DNA of 64,000 nucleotides, from positions 29,030-93,029 of the forward strand of contig CAWCKU010000020.1 in assembly GCA_963796215.1 (NCBI GenBank), in the 5' to 3' direction. The DNA comes from an uncultured delta proteobacterium (lineage in GTDB: Bacteria; Desulfobacterota; Desulfobaccia; Desulfobaccales; 0-14-0-80-60-11). Under the pieces are notes generated by a model. The model was not told the DNA's origin. It searched no databases and worked only from the letters and a program-made list of their open reading frames with translations. The translations under genes and the position numbers were made by a program. Shown piece after piece: positions 42,592-51,940 of the stretch. Each line of letters begins with the position of its first letter. Within the stretch, counting starts at the first letter, position 1.

Positions 42592-43790
42592 TGAAAAATG
42601 ACTTTATCTTCATGTCGGAGTCGGTAACCGAGGGGCATCCGGATAAGATGTGCGATCAGATCAGCGATGCCATCGTGGATCATTTCCTGGAACAAGACCC
42701 CCAGGCCCGAGTGCGCGCCGAATGTGCGGTGGCCACATCCATCTTGTTCATTGCCGCCCGGTTTGTCTCCGAAATTAAAGTCGATATCCCCAATGTGGCC
42801 CGCAAGGTCATCGGCCGGCTCGGTTACCTGCAACCGGACTTCGACGCCCGCACCTGCAGTATCTTAACCAGCCTGCAGGAGTATCCGTCGGATACGGACC
42901 TCTTTTTCAACGAGAACCAACTCTCCGAAGCAGAGATAGATAAGCTGCATGTGAGGCAACATGCCACTGCTTTCGGTTTTGCCTGCCGCCAGACCGCGGT
43001 CCTGATGCCCCTGCCCATCTGGTTGGCACATAAACTGGTCCGGCAGATGGACAGTGCCCGAGGTCAGAAACTGATCCCCTACCTGTCTCCGGACGGCAAG
43101 GCCCTGGTGGGCGTGGAATATAGGGATCGCCGGCCTTACCGCATTTATAGCCTTACAGTCGTCGCCAGCGGCTCCAGGGCGGCCGGCCATGAGGTCACCG
43201 ACCAGCGCTTGCATAACGACATTCGCGAAGCCGTGATCAAACCAGCCTTTGCCGATGAGGACATCAAACCGGACGACCGCACCCTGATCTTTATCAATCC
43301 ACTGGAACATCTCATGGTGGGCGGCCCGGGGGTGCATTCCGGGCTCACCGGCCGTAAGACCGACGTGGACACCTACGGGGAATATGCCCGCCATAGCGGC
43401 AACGCCTTGAGCGGCAAGGACCACTTGCGGATTGATCGAGTGGGGGCTTATGCGGCGCGCTATGCCGCTAAAAATGTGGTGGCAGCCGGCCTGGCGGAGG
43501 AATGCGAGGTCCATTTGGCCTATTCCATCGGCTTTTCCCGGCCAGTCAGTATTCAGGTGGAAACCTTCGGCACCGGCAAGTTCTCCGATGACGAGCTTTC
43601 CACCTTGCTGGAGCGTCACTTCGATTTTCGCCTGGCCGCCATTCTGCGGGATTTTAACCTGAGGCACCTTCCCGCTCTCAATAAAGGCCGCTTTTACCGC
43701 AAGCTGGCGGTCTATGGCCAGGTGGGGCGTCTCGACCTTAACTTGCCCTGGGAAGTTACCGACAAGGCCGAGATTCTCAAGGAACGTTAG
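42588..43790 (+). CDS. Divergent methionine adenosyltransferase (MetK) paralogue
   Basis: SESVTEGHPDK, GLTGRK and SGKD present; GAGDQG signature replaced by HVRQHA. Confidence 0.88.
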   Translation: MMKNDFIFMSESVTEGHPDKMCDQISDAIVDHFLEQDPQARVRAECAVATSILFIAARFVSEIKVDIPNVARKVIGRLGYLQPDFDARTCSILTSLQEYPSDTDLFFNENQLSEAEIDKLHVRQHATAFGFACRQTAVLMPLPIWLAHKLVRQMDSARGQKLIPYLSPDGKALVGVEYRDRRPYRIYSLTVVASGSRAAGHEVTDQRLHNDIREAVIKPAFADEDIKPDDRTLIFINPLEHLMVGGPGVHSGLTGRKTDVDTYGEYARHSGNALSGKDHLRIDRVGAYAARYAAKNVVAAGLAEECEVHLAYSIGFSRPVSIQVETFGTGKFSDDELSTLLERHFDFRLAAILRDFNLRHLPALNKGRFYRKLAVYGQVGRLDLNLPWEVTDKAEILKER

Positions 43791-44456
43791 ATGCACATCT
43801 CCCATTTATTGATCATTTTATTGCTGGCTATATCCTGCAACCTGGACAACGTTGGGGTGGGTATCGCTTACGGGGCTCGAGGGATCGGCATCCCCCTGGG
43901 GTCAAATCTCTTGATCGCCCTGGTCACGGCCGCAGGCACCGGGCTCTGTATCATTTTCGGGCAGCGAATCTTCCAAGTCTTGCCTGCCGAGGTTGGCGTT
44001 CTTTTGGGAGCCGTGTTGTTGGTCGGCATGGGGGTCTGGGTCATCCGCCAGGATATCGGCGAACGGAGCCGCCAGGACCAAGAGACCCCAGCCACAGGCC
44101 CCGCTGATGAGTTGGCCCAAAAGTCGTGGCTACGGCGGCTCATCCTGATCCTGCAACATCCGGTCCTCGCTGACCGAGACTCCTCGGGTCACATTGATTT
44201 AAAGGAAAGTCTCCTGCTGAGTATGGCCCTCATGCTAAACAATGTCCCCAACGGCGTTGGAGCCGGGCTGCTGGGGCTGTCGACCTGGCTCACCACCTTG
44301 TTGGTAGGGCTCCTGAGCGTGCTCACCTTCTGGGTGGGAATCGGCCTGGGCCGGAGTCTCGGGGTGCGCTGGCTGGGCCGGTACGCCGGCACGGTTTCCG
44401 GCCTGTTGCTCGTGGTTATCGGTTTGGTCGAAATGGTCCTGGCAATACAGTTTTAG
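43791..44456 (+). CDS. MntP/YtaF-family membrane protein (putative Mn2+ exporter)
   Basis: [31 protein letters not shown] and ALMLNN. Confidence 0.8.
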   Translation: MHISHLLIILLLAISCNLDNVGVGIAYGARGIGIPLGSNLLIALVTAAGTGLCIIFGQRIFQVLPAEVGVLLGAVLLVGMGVWVIRQDIGERSRQDQETPATGPADELAQKSWLRRLILILQHPVLADRDSSGHIDLKESLLLSMALMLNNVPNGVGAGLLGLSTWLTTLLVGLLSVLTFWVGIGLGRSLGVRWLGRYAGTVSGLLLVVIGLVEMVLAIQF

Positions 44457-44476
44457 CCCAGCGAAGAGAGAGACAC

Positions 44477-44902
44477 ATGGAAAAAGCCAGAGTTCTATTC
44501 CTTTGCACCCATAATACTGCCCGGAGCCAAATGGCCGAGGCCTTCCTGAGATCGTTCGCCGGCGACCGCTTTGAGGTCTTCAGCGCCGGCACCGAACCGA
44601 GGGAGATTGATCCCTATGTCAAACGGGTGATGTCCGAAGTCGGCCTTGATCTTAGTAATCAGCGGTCCAAGAGCGTGGTGGAATTCCTGGGCAAAATGAC
44701 CGTTGCCTATCTAATCATCGTTTGCGAAAAGGTGGAGGAAAACTGCCCGATAACCTTCCCCGGCTTTAGGTATCGGCTGTACTGGCCCATTGAAGACCCG
44801 GTGGCTTTTGCCGGCTCGGATGAACAAAAGCTGGAAAAGTTCAGAGCAGTGCGGGATTGGATAGCGGACCGGCTAAAATTGTGGTTGCGTGAATTGGACT
44901 GA
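44477..44902 (+). CDS. arsC: Thioredoxin-type arsenate reductase / LMW phosphatase
   Basis: [22 protein letters not shown] and WPIEDP. Confidence 0.85.
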   Translation: MEKARVLFLCTHNTARSQMAEAFLRSFAGDRFEVFSAGTEPREIDPYVKRVMSEVGLDLSNQRSKSVVEFLGKMTVAYLIIVCEKVEENCPITFPGFRYRLYWPIEDPVAFAGSDEQKLEKFRAVRDWIADRLKLWLRELD

Positions 44903-44963
44903 GATAAATTTCTCCAGGGATCGAGTTTAGGAGTACAGTTTTAATATTAGAAAATGAGGCTAT

Positions 44964-45650
44964 ATGGCTCACGAAAACATTTTAGTGGTGGAAGATGACG
45001 AGGACATCCTGGAACTACTCAGGTACAACCTGGCCAAGGAGGGCTACCGGGTAACCGCGATTACCTCGGGGGAAGACGGATTGCCACTCGCCCGCTCGAC
45101 CACCCCGGACCTGATCTTGCTGGATTTGATGCTCCCCGGGATAGACGGGCTGGAAGTCTGCCGGCGGCTCAAAATGGACCCCAAAACCCGGCAGGTGCCG
45201 ATCATCATGCTCACCGCCAAAGGGGAAGAAACGGACATTGTCACCGGTCTGGAGTTGGGGGCGGAGGACTACATCACCAAACCCTTCAGCCCCCGGGTAT
45301 TGCTGGCCCGTATTCGCACGGCGCTCCGACGCCACGGCGCGGCTACGCCAGGAGAGGATGCCCTGCTAAAAATCCATGACCTGACCATCAACCCCGGCCG
45401 CCACGAGATTCTGGTTCAGGGGAAATCTGTGGACTTGACGGCGGTGGAGTTCCGCCTCCTGCACCTGTTGGCGCGGAGGCCGGGCTGGGTGCTGACCCGG
45501 GCTCAGATTGTCGAAGGCGTGCATGGCGAAGACTATCCCGTCACCGACCGGGCTGTAGACGTAAAAATTGTCTCCCTCCGCAAGAAGCTGGGTCTCGCGG
45601 CCGAGTACATCGAAACGGTTCGAGGGGTGGGTTATCGCTTCAAAGACTGA
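44964..45650 (+). CDS. PhoB-like OmpR-family response regulator (no cognate kinase in window)
   Basis: LVVEDD, LLDLMLPG, LTAKGEE, DYITKPF, DRAVDV and IETVRGVGYRF. Confidence 0.88.
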   Translation: MAHENILVVEDDEDILELLRYNLAKEGYRVTAITSGEDGLPLARSTTPDLILLDLMLPGIDGLEVCRRLKMDPKTRQVPIIMLTAKGEETDIVTGLELGAEDYITKPFSPRVLLARIRTALRRHGAATPGEDALLKIHDLTINPGRHEILVQGKSVDLTAVEFRLLHLLARRPGWVLTRAQIVEGVHGEDYPVTDRAVDVKIVSLRKKLGLAAEYIETVRGVGYRFKD

Positions 45651-46275
45651 CTGATTGAGACTTTTTGGCTGGGATTTTCGGCCATCTCTGCCGCAGCCAG
45701 ATTCCCCGGATAAGGAAATAAGCCAAGATAGAGGTGGCGATTAACCCGGCCGCCATTTGGCCATGGCCGCCAATCCGCTCCACAAGGAGGCCCGCTTCCC
45801 GGCCCCAAAGATATCCCAAGAAAATATAGCCCAATGACCAGGCCAGGGCCCCCGCATAAGCAGACCGGATAAAGTCTGCCAGCGGGAATCTGGTGATCCC
45901 GGCGGCTATGGCTACCCAGTGCCGGACCCCCGGAATGAAGTATCCCAGGAATAACAGCCAACCGCCGCAACGGCGGAGCCGCTCTTCCAGCCTCTTAAAC
46001 TTGTCGGGCTTGATAGAGCAATAAACCCCGGCCTCCCTGATCAACTTGGCGCCTGCCGCTCTTCCCAGCCAATAATCCAGCGTTATTCCCAGGATGGCGC
46101 CCGCCACGACCACCGCTAACGCCGGTATTAGCCGCAAGTCTCCCCGCAGCACCAGATAGCCGATAAAAGTCAATAATAGTTCATCGGGGACGGGAATGCC
46201 GAAGGTCCCCGGCGCCAGCAAGAGAAAAATCGCCAGATATCCGTGCTGGGAAACAAAATAAGTTATGAATTCCAT
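45640..46275 (-). CDS. DedA-family membrane protein
   Basis: GIPVPDELLL, YWLGR and FIPGVRH. Confidence 0.88.
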   Translation of the reverse strand: MEFITYFVSQHGYLAIFLLLAPGTFGIPVPDELLLTFIGYLVLRGDLRLIPALAVVVAGAILGITLDYWLGRAAGAKLIREAGVYCSIKPDKFKRLEERLRRCGGWLLFLGYFIPGVRHWVAIAAGITRFPLADFIRSAYAGALAWSLGYIFLGYLWGREAGLLVERIGGHGQMAAGLIATSILAYFLIRGIWLRQRWPKIPAKKSQSVSL

Positions 46276-46341
46276 AATTGTATTTAGATTAATCTACGCT
46301 TCCTTCCAATGAAAATTCAGCACCACAATTATGATAGGCTC

Positions 46342-46407
46342 ATCATGAAAATTAGTTGTTAAACAATAACTAAGATTTGTTAGATTTTATTTAATATTTT
46401 GTTATTT
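46342..46407 (-). promoter_or_regulatory. Pho-box-like array plus -10 upstream of dedA
   Basis: Minus strand AAATAAC / TATTAAA / ATCTAAC / TCTTAGT / GTTTAAC at 10-11 bp period, then 10 bp and CATGAT. Confidence 0.55.
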
Positions 46408-46739
46408 TATTCTTGGGTAGTTTTTTCTCCAGGCAACTAGTCCTTATATTCTCGCGCAGCCATGTTTGCCCTCCGCCGGGTTCCTCCCGGAGCCCCCTCA
46501 AGACCTTGGTCCCAAGCCGAGCGAGGTTGGACTAACCTTCACAAAACCAAATCAAAACTCAAATATCACCGAACGATAATCATTCACTAGTGGATCGCGC
46601 CTATCGTGGCCTCGGGTAAAGAGACAAATCATGCACCTCCGCCAGGAGAGGAGGTGAAGGCTCTGGGGGACGCATTTTTAGGGATTTTTGCGGGATTTCC
46701 GCCATCATACTTTTACCGAACAACGGAGGCTAGAGCATC

Positions 46740-48647
46740 ATGTTTAAAAAATGGCTCAGTGCGGCGGCGGTGGCGGCCTTGTTGGCCCTGCCCGTCGTTG
46801 GTGTTAACCTGGCGCAGGCCGAGGATCATCTCAATCCGGCGGGTTGCGCCCTGTCCGGCCCCAAAGGTGAGTATCAGGCCGGCGATTTTCACAACCATAC
46901 CCCGTTTAGCGATGGCACTGCCAGCGTGCCGCTCCTGGTGGGGCATGCGATGCAACACCTGGACTGGTTCGCCCAGTCGGGCCATGGCGGCGCCTACAGC
47001 CGGGACGGTCGTTACAGCGACCCGGAAGGTGATGGCAGTGTCACCGGCGAAGGCAAGTTCCTGGATGAAACGGTGGGTGTAGCCAACTTCAAAGGCATCG
47101 ACGCCGGCAAGTCGTCTGGACACCAAAATATGTGGAAATGGCAGACACTCCAGGAGCTTCTCTATCCCGAGACCTTTATAAACGCCAAGGTCCTGCAGAA
47201 ACCCATCTGGTCGGCGGTCGAATGGGAAGTGCCCGGCCATGAACACTGCAGCGCGGGCGTCATCGACGGTCAGTTCCCCCGTCACGGCAATATGGGGAAC
47301 GCCAATGCCTTAGCCCAGTTTGAATACCTGTTTGACTATGTGGACAATGACACCAGCGAGGGCGGTGGCCAGGGCTGGACCGGGAAAATTGCCAATCCGC
47401 CGGCGACCGGCACCAACGTCGGCGTTGCCGGCCACGCCAAGGCGTTGGCCGCAGCCCAATGGCTGGAGACACATCATAAATACTCATCCTATTTGGTTTT
47501 TGCCCATATCGAACGCAAGGGCGTCTGGGACCCGAATAAGGGCGGCAACAACACCGGTTACAACGTCGAGCATTTCCGCGATTTTAATAACGCCGCGCCC
47601 CATGTCTGCTTCGGTTGGGAAGGCCAGCCCGGCCATCAGGCCACAGCTGGTGAGCGGGGGGGCTTCAGCACCTCCGCCTTCGGTGGCACTTTTGGCGGCA
47701 CCGGCTATTACTCCGCCACTATCGGCGGCATGTGGGACGCCCTTTTGGGTGAAGGCCGCAACTGGTGGCTGTTTGCCAGCTCCGACTTCCATTCTCGCAG
47801 TGTGCGCGAGTATGATGATTCGGCCGCCAACCCGGCCCGCGATCCCAATCAACCCACTCCTGACAAGCCGATACAGAATCCTGCCACCCTCAACAGTGGC
47901 TGGCGCGGCGCTACGGCCAGCCAGGCGGACTTCTGGCCCGGTGAATACCAGAAGGATTTCGTTTTTGTTAATCACAAAATTAAGCCCTCCGCCCAGGATG
48001 TCCTCGATGGGATGCGCAGCGGCAACAGCTATATCGTCGAGGGTGACCTCATCCGGGGGCTCCAGTTCACCGCCAAGGCTGAGGGACCGGAAGCCACCAT
48101 GGGCGAACAATTGACGGTGGCTCCCGGGAAGAAGGTGACCGTCAAGGTCATGGTGAAGGTGCCTGATGTCAACAACCTCTGCCCCTACGCCGACGAGAAC
48201 CCCTCCCTGGCGCAGCTCGGTATTCACCAGTCCCTGAACCGGCCGGAACTCCATCATGTGGATGTCATTTACGGGGAGGTGTACGGCAAAAGGACCCCGG
48301 GAACGGCTGCGTACACTGATCCCACCAACCCCACGGCCAAAATCCAGCAGACCGTTCTCGTCTCTACCATGAAAGACGAGGGCAAGGGCTGGAAGTCTTT
48401 CTTCTTCGTCATTAACCCGTCGAAGAGCGGGTATTTCCGTCTCCGGGGCACCAACCTGCCCCCAAACACTCCTAATGAAACCGACAAGGATGGCAACCCG
48501 GTGGCTGACAGCCTGGCGAAAAACCTTTCGTTTAACGGCGCCCCTTTGGATGCCGATGTTGCCGCCTGGGCCGACCTGTGGTTCTACTCTAACCCCATTT
48601 TCATCAAGGTGGCAGACCACCGCTTGGCCTGCAATGAGCGGCATTAA
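46740..48647 (+). CDS. Secreted PHP-like metallophosphoesterase
   Basis: Signal peptide (AQA), AGDFHNHT..SDG, VEWEVPGHEH, FAHIER, SSDFH and WFYSNPIF. Confidence 0.78.
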   Translation: MFKKWLSAAAVAALLALPVVGVNLAQAEDHLNPAGCALSGPKGEYQAGDFHNHTPFSDGTASVPLLVGHAMQHLDWFAQSGHGGAYSRDGRYSDPEGDGSVTGEGKFLDETVGVANFKGIDAGKSSGHQNMWKWQTLQELLYPETFINAKVLQKPIWSAVEWEVPGHEHCSAGVIDGQFPRHGNMGNANALAQFEYLFDYVDNDTSEGGGQGWTGKIANPPATGTNVGVAGHAKALAAAQWLETHHKYSSYLVFAHIERKGVWDPNKGGNNTGYNVEHFRDFNNAAPHVCFGWEGQPGHQATAGERGGFSTSAFGGTFGGTGYYSATIGGMWDALLGEGRNWWLFASSDFHSRSVREYDDSAANPARDPNQPTPDKPIQNPATLNSGWRGATASQADFWPGEYQKDFVFVNHKIKPSAQDVLDGMRSGNSYIVEGDLIRGLQFTAKAEGPEATMGEQLTVAPGKKVTVKVMVKVPDVNNLCPYADENPSLAQLGIHQSLNRPELHHVDVIYGEVYGKRTPGTAAYTDPTNPTAKIQQTVLVSTMKDEGKGWKSFFFVINPSKSGYFRLRGTNLPPNTPNETDKDGNPVADSLAKNLSFNGAPLDADVAAWADLWFYSNPIFIKVADHRLACNERH

Positions 48648-48803
48648 GCAGCATTCTTACGCGGTAGCTTCTGCAAACCGCTAAGCCGCGGGAGTTGAAG
48701 GGGACGGCCTGCCGTCCCCTTCTCTTTCAACTATAATCCAGGGGCGGGGAGAGTCGCCACCTTCCGCCAATCCCCCTTGAGGCGTTGGGAAAGTCACGGG
48801 AGC

Positions 48804-51410
48804 ATGAGTAAAACAAAATTCCACCTAACCGCGCTTTACGTCCTCCTTTTTTTCTCGGGTTTTGCCGGCCTGGGCTATGAGATCGTCTGGACCCGGCTTT
48901 TTGCGGTGGGTCTTGGTCATGAGATACCCGCGGTGCTGGCCGTGGTGGCGGCCTTCTTCAGCGGCCTGGCCCTGGGGGCCTGGTGTCTGGACCGTCGGGT
49001 GAGCACCAGTCGGGTGCCGGGCCGCTGGTATGCCTCCCTGGAATTGCTCATTGGGGCCTGGGCCGTAGTGCTGGTTTTTCTTATTCCCTACGGGAACTTC
49101 TCGGCCACCCGCTTAATGGGAGTCTCTCCTTCAGCTCTCCGCCACTGGACCGTGGCCTTTCTGGTACCCTTCTTGTTGTTGCTGCCGGCCGCCGTAGCCA
49201 TGGGGGCGACGTTGCCCGCGGCTGAGCGCCTGTTTTCCCGGCTTCGTCAGGACGGCTGGTCCGTGGGGGGGCTATACGCCGCCAACACCCTGGGAGCCGT
49301 AGCCGGGACCATGCTCACCACCTTTGTCATTGCCCCGGCCCTGGGGTTTAAGGCCACCCTTTACAGTCTGGCGGCCTTGAACCTTCTCTGTGGAGTAGGA
49401 GTCCTGGCCGGGCCAGCCCGGCAGGAGAGGGAGCGTCTCCCCGTCAATATCGTCATTTCCGGGACGCCTGTACGGGCGCGCCTCTTGCCGATACTCTTTT
49501 TTACCGGCCTCCTGGGCATCGGCTACGAAGTCCTGGTGGTGCGGGTCCTCAGCCAGGTGTTGGAAAACACCATCTACAGCTTTGCCGGGGCGCTGTCGGT
49601 GTATCTGTTCGGTACGGCCTGCGGCGCAGCGCTTTATCAAAAGTTTGCCCCCCGGAAACGGTACCGGCAGGTTCTGGCTTCATTGCTAATGGCCCTTGCC
49701 ACCGCCTGTTTCCTGGGGATCATCTTATTGCGGGGCGCCCCTTTCATCTACCAGGGCTTGCGGGAGGGTCTAGGGGGCGGTATGGTGGGATCAGTGCTGG
49801 GGGAATTGGCCCTGGCGCTGGTGGTCTTCTTTCTCCCCACCGTTTTCATGGGCGCCACCTTCAGCCACCTGGCCCAGGGCGCCCGGGGGCCGGAGGAAGG
49901 CCTGGGTCGTGCCCTTGGCGTGAACACCCTGGGGTCTGCCCTGGCCCCGGCTTTTTTCGGGGTGCTGTGCCTGCCCGCTTTCGGAGCTAAGACCACCCTG
50001 ACGTTTCTGGCTTCGGGGTATCTGTTGCTGGCCTTGCTCTGGCGGCCGGCCAGGTGGTGGCCCGCCGTGCTTCCTCTGGGTCTGGCTCTCTTCCTGCTTT
50101 TCACCCCTGATCATTTGCGGCTGGTGGACCTGCCGGCAGGTGGTAAAATATTGGCTCACGCCGAGGGGGTCATGGCTACGGTTTCCGTGGTCCAGGATGC
50201 CGGCCATGACCGGTATCTCAAGGTGAACAACCACTTTGTCATGGGTGGCACCGGCTCTTTCTTCTCAGATGCCCGTCAAGCCCTCATTCCCTTGCTTCTG
50301 CACCCCCGGCCCCAAAAAGCTCTATTCCTGGGTCTCGGCACCGGGGCCACCTTCGGCGCCGCTGCCCTCTATCCCGGCCTGCAGGCCGACGGCGTGGAAC
50401 TGGTTCCGGAGATCGTCTCCCTGCTGCCCCTTTTCCGGCGGTCCACCGAAGCTCTCCCGGACCAGAAGCGCTTCAAGGTCTTCGTGGCAGATGCCCGCCG
50501 CTTCGTCAATTGTACGGACACCACCTATGACGTGATCGTGGGCGACCTGTTTCACCCAGCCCGGGATGGCGCCGGCTCCCTTTACACGGTGGAGCACTTT
50601 CAGGCTATCCGGGCCCGGCTTAACCCAGGTGGTCTGTTCTGTCAATGGCTACCGTTGTATCAGCTGGACCTGCCGGAGTTGCAGACGATTATCCGCACCT
50701 TCCTGCACGTCTTCCCGGAGGGCTCGGCCGTGCTGGCCCACTTCAGTTTGCAGACTCCCATAGTGGGGCTGGTGGCGGGGCTTACCCCCCTGAGGTATCC
50801 CTCCGATTGGCTGGAACGGCGCGTCCAGGACGGCGCCCTGCACGCCAGTCTCGAATACCTGCGACTCCAGGATTCCCTAGCCCTCTTTGGCAACTTTCTG
50901 GCGGCCAGCGATGACTTGCGGAATTTTGCGGGGGCAGGACCTTTAAATACCGACGACCGGCCGGTGGTCATCTTCGAGGCCCCTCATTTCGCCTACGCTC
51001 GCCAGGAACCGCCCTCCGTAAGGCTACTCTCCCTCATGGAGCAGCTGCAGCCCCGGCCCCGGGACATTCTCCAGCCGGCTCAAAAAGCTCCTGAGGTAAG
51101 CCAGCCCGAGCGCCTGGCGGCCTACTGGGAAGCGCGTCGCTGCTTTCTCCGGGCCGGGGTAGGGGTTGAGAACACGCAAGATCCATGGAAGTTGCTGCAA
51201 GCGGTGCGGGAACCTCTCCTGGCCATCGTGCGCCGGTGCCAGGATTTTACCCCGGCGTATGATCCACTGTTGTTCCTGGCTCGTAGTATTTCCCGGCAGA
51301 ATCCCCTGGCTGCCCGGGAGCTGCTCCTGGACCTGGAGCGGGCCAACCCGCAGCGGCAAGATGCGAGAAAACTGCGGGAATCTCTTGGAGAAATATTGGG
51401 CAGGAAGTGA
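48804..51410 (+). CDS. Fused multi-TM / spermidine-synthase-like protein
   Basis: SGFAGLGYEIVW, LYAANTLGA, ALFLGLGTG, VELVPE, ADARRF and YDVIVGDLFHP. Confidence 0.85.
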   Translation: MSKTKFHLTALYVLLFFSGFAGLGYEIVWTRLFAVGLGHEIPAVLAVVAAFFSGLALGAWCLDRRVSTSRVPGRWYASLELLIGAWAVVLVFLIPYGNFSATRLMGVSPSALRHWTVAFLVPFLLLLPAAVAMGATLPAAERLFSRLRQDGWSVGGLYAANTLGAVAGTMLTTFVIAPALGFKATLYSLAALNLLCGVGVLAGPARQERERLPVNIVISGTPVRARLLPILFFTGLLGIGYEVLVVRVLSQVLENTIYSFAGALSVYLFGTACGAALYQKFAPRKRYRQVLASLLMALATACFLGIILLRGAPFIYQGLREGLGGGMVGSVLGELALALVVFFLPTVFMGATFSHLAQGARGPEEGLGRALGVNTLGSALAPAFFGVLCLPAFGAKTTLTFLASGYLLLALLWRPARWWPAVLPLGLALFLLFTPDHLRLVDLPAGGKILAHAEGVMATVSVVQDAGHDRYLKVNNHFVMGGTGSFFSDARQALIPLLLHPRPQKALFLGLGTGATFGAAALYPGLQADGVELVPEIVSLLPLFRRSTEALPDQKRFKVFVADARRFVNCTDTTYDVIVGDLFHPARDGAGSLYTVEHFQAIRARLNPGGLFCQWLPLYQLDLPELQTIIRTFLHVFPEGSAVLAHFSLQTPIVGLVAGLTPLRYPSDWLERRVQDGALHASLEYLRLQDSLALFGNFLAASDDLRNFAGAGPLNTDDRPVVIFEAPHFAYARQEPPSVRLLSLMEQLQPRPRDILQPAQKAPEVSQPERLAAYWEARRCFLRAGVGVENTQDPWKLLQAVREPLLAIVRRCQDFTPAYDPLLFLARSISRQNPLAARELLLDLERANPQRQDARKLRESLGEILGRK

Positions 51411-51705
51411 AGAAACCACACATGACAGGTCAGCCGGTTAATCACGATATTTAGAACAATTTTGAATCTCACGATAAACGAAGATAGCAGATTCATTTGC
51501 CACTATACGCCCTTCCGCTAATCTTTCCATATGGTTCGTATATCGGAAGCCCTCACAACCCGGCCACATTTTGTCTTAAAAAATTTTGGGCTGGTCCCAT
51601 CACCCGGGGGGAGCTTCTAATTTTCCTGGACCGAATTTTGATAAAAAATTCCGCCCTATTCATAACGCCCAGGGGGGGAGGAGTCCCGAACCGCTTGCAA
51701 AATGT

Positions 51706-51885
51706 GCCGGGATAGAGGATTTTACCTTCCACGATCTGCGGCATACGGCTATAAATAACTGGCGATTGCAGGGCCATGACTACTTTCGTATAATGTCTGC
51801 AACCGGCCATAAAACCATGAGCGTCTTTAAGCAGTATAATACGGTTAGCCGGGAAGAATTAAAGGCTTTGGTGGGGGAAATTTAA
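51706..51885 (+). pseudogene. C-terminal fragment of a tyrosine recombinase/integrase
   Basis: FHDLRHT...TGHKT...KQYN (HxxR, H, Y catalytic residues); no N-terminal part upstream. Confidence 0.82.
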
Positions 51886-51940
51886 GGAGATACATTCACC
51901 TATATATTCACTAAGACGATTATAAGCTTTGCAAACCCAC

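Noticed and set aside
42588..43790. Plain housekeeping metK annotation
   Set aside because: GAGDQG and the methionine/adenine-binding residues are replaced, so the gene symbol was withheld
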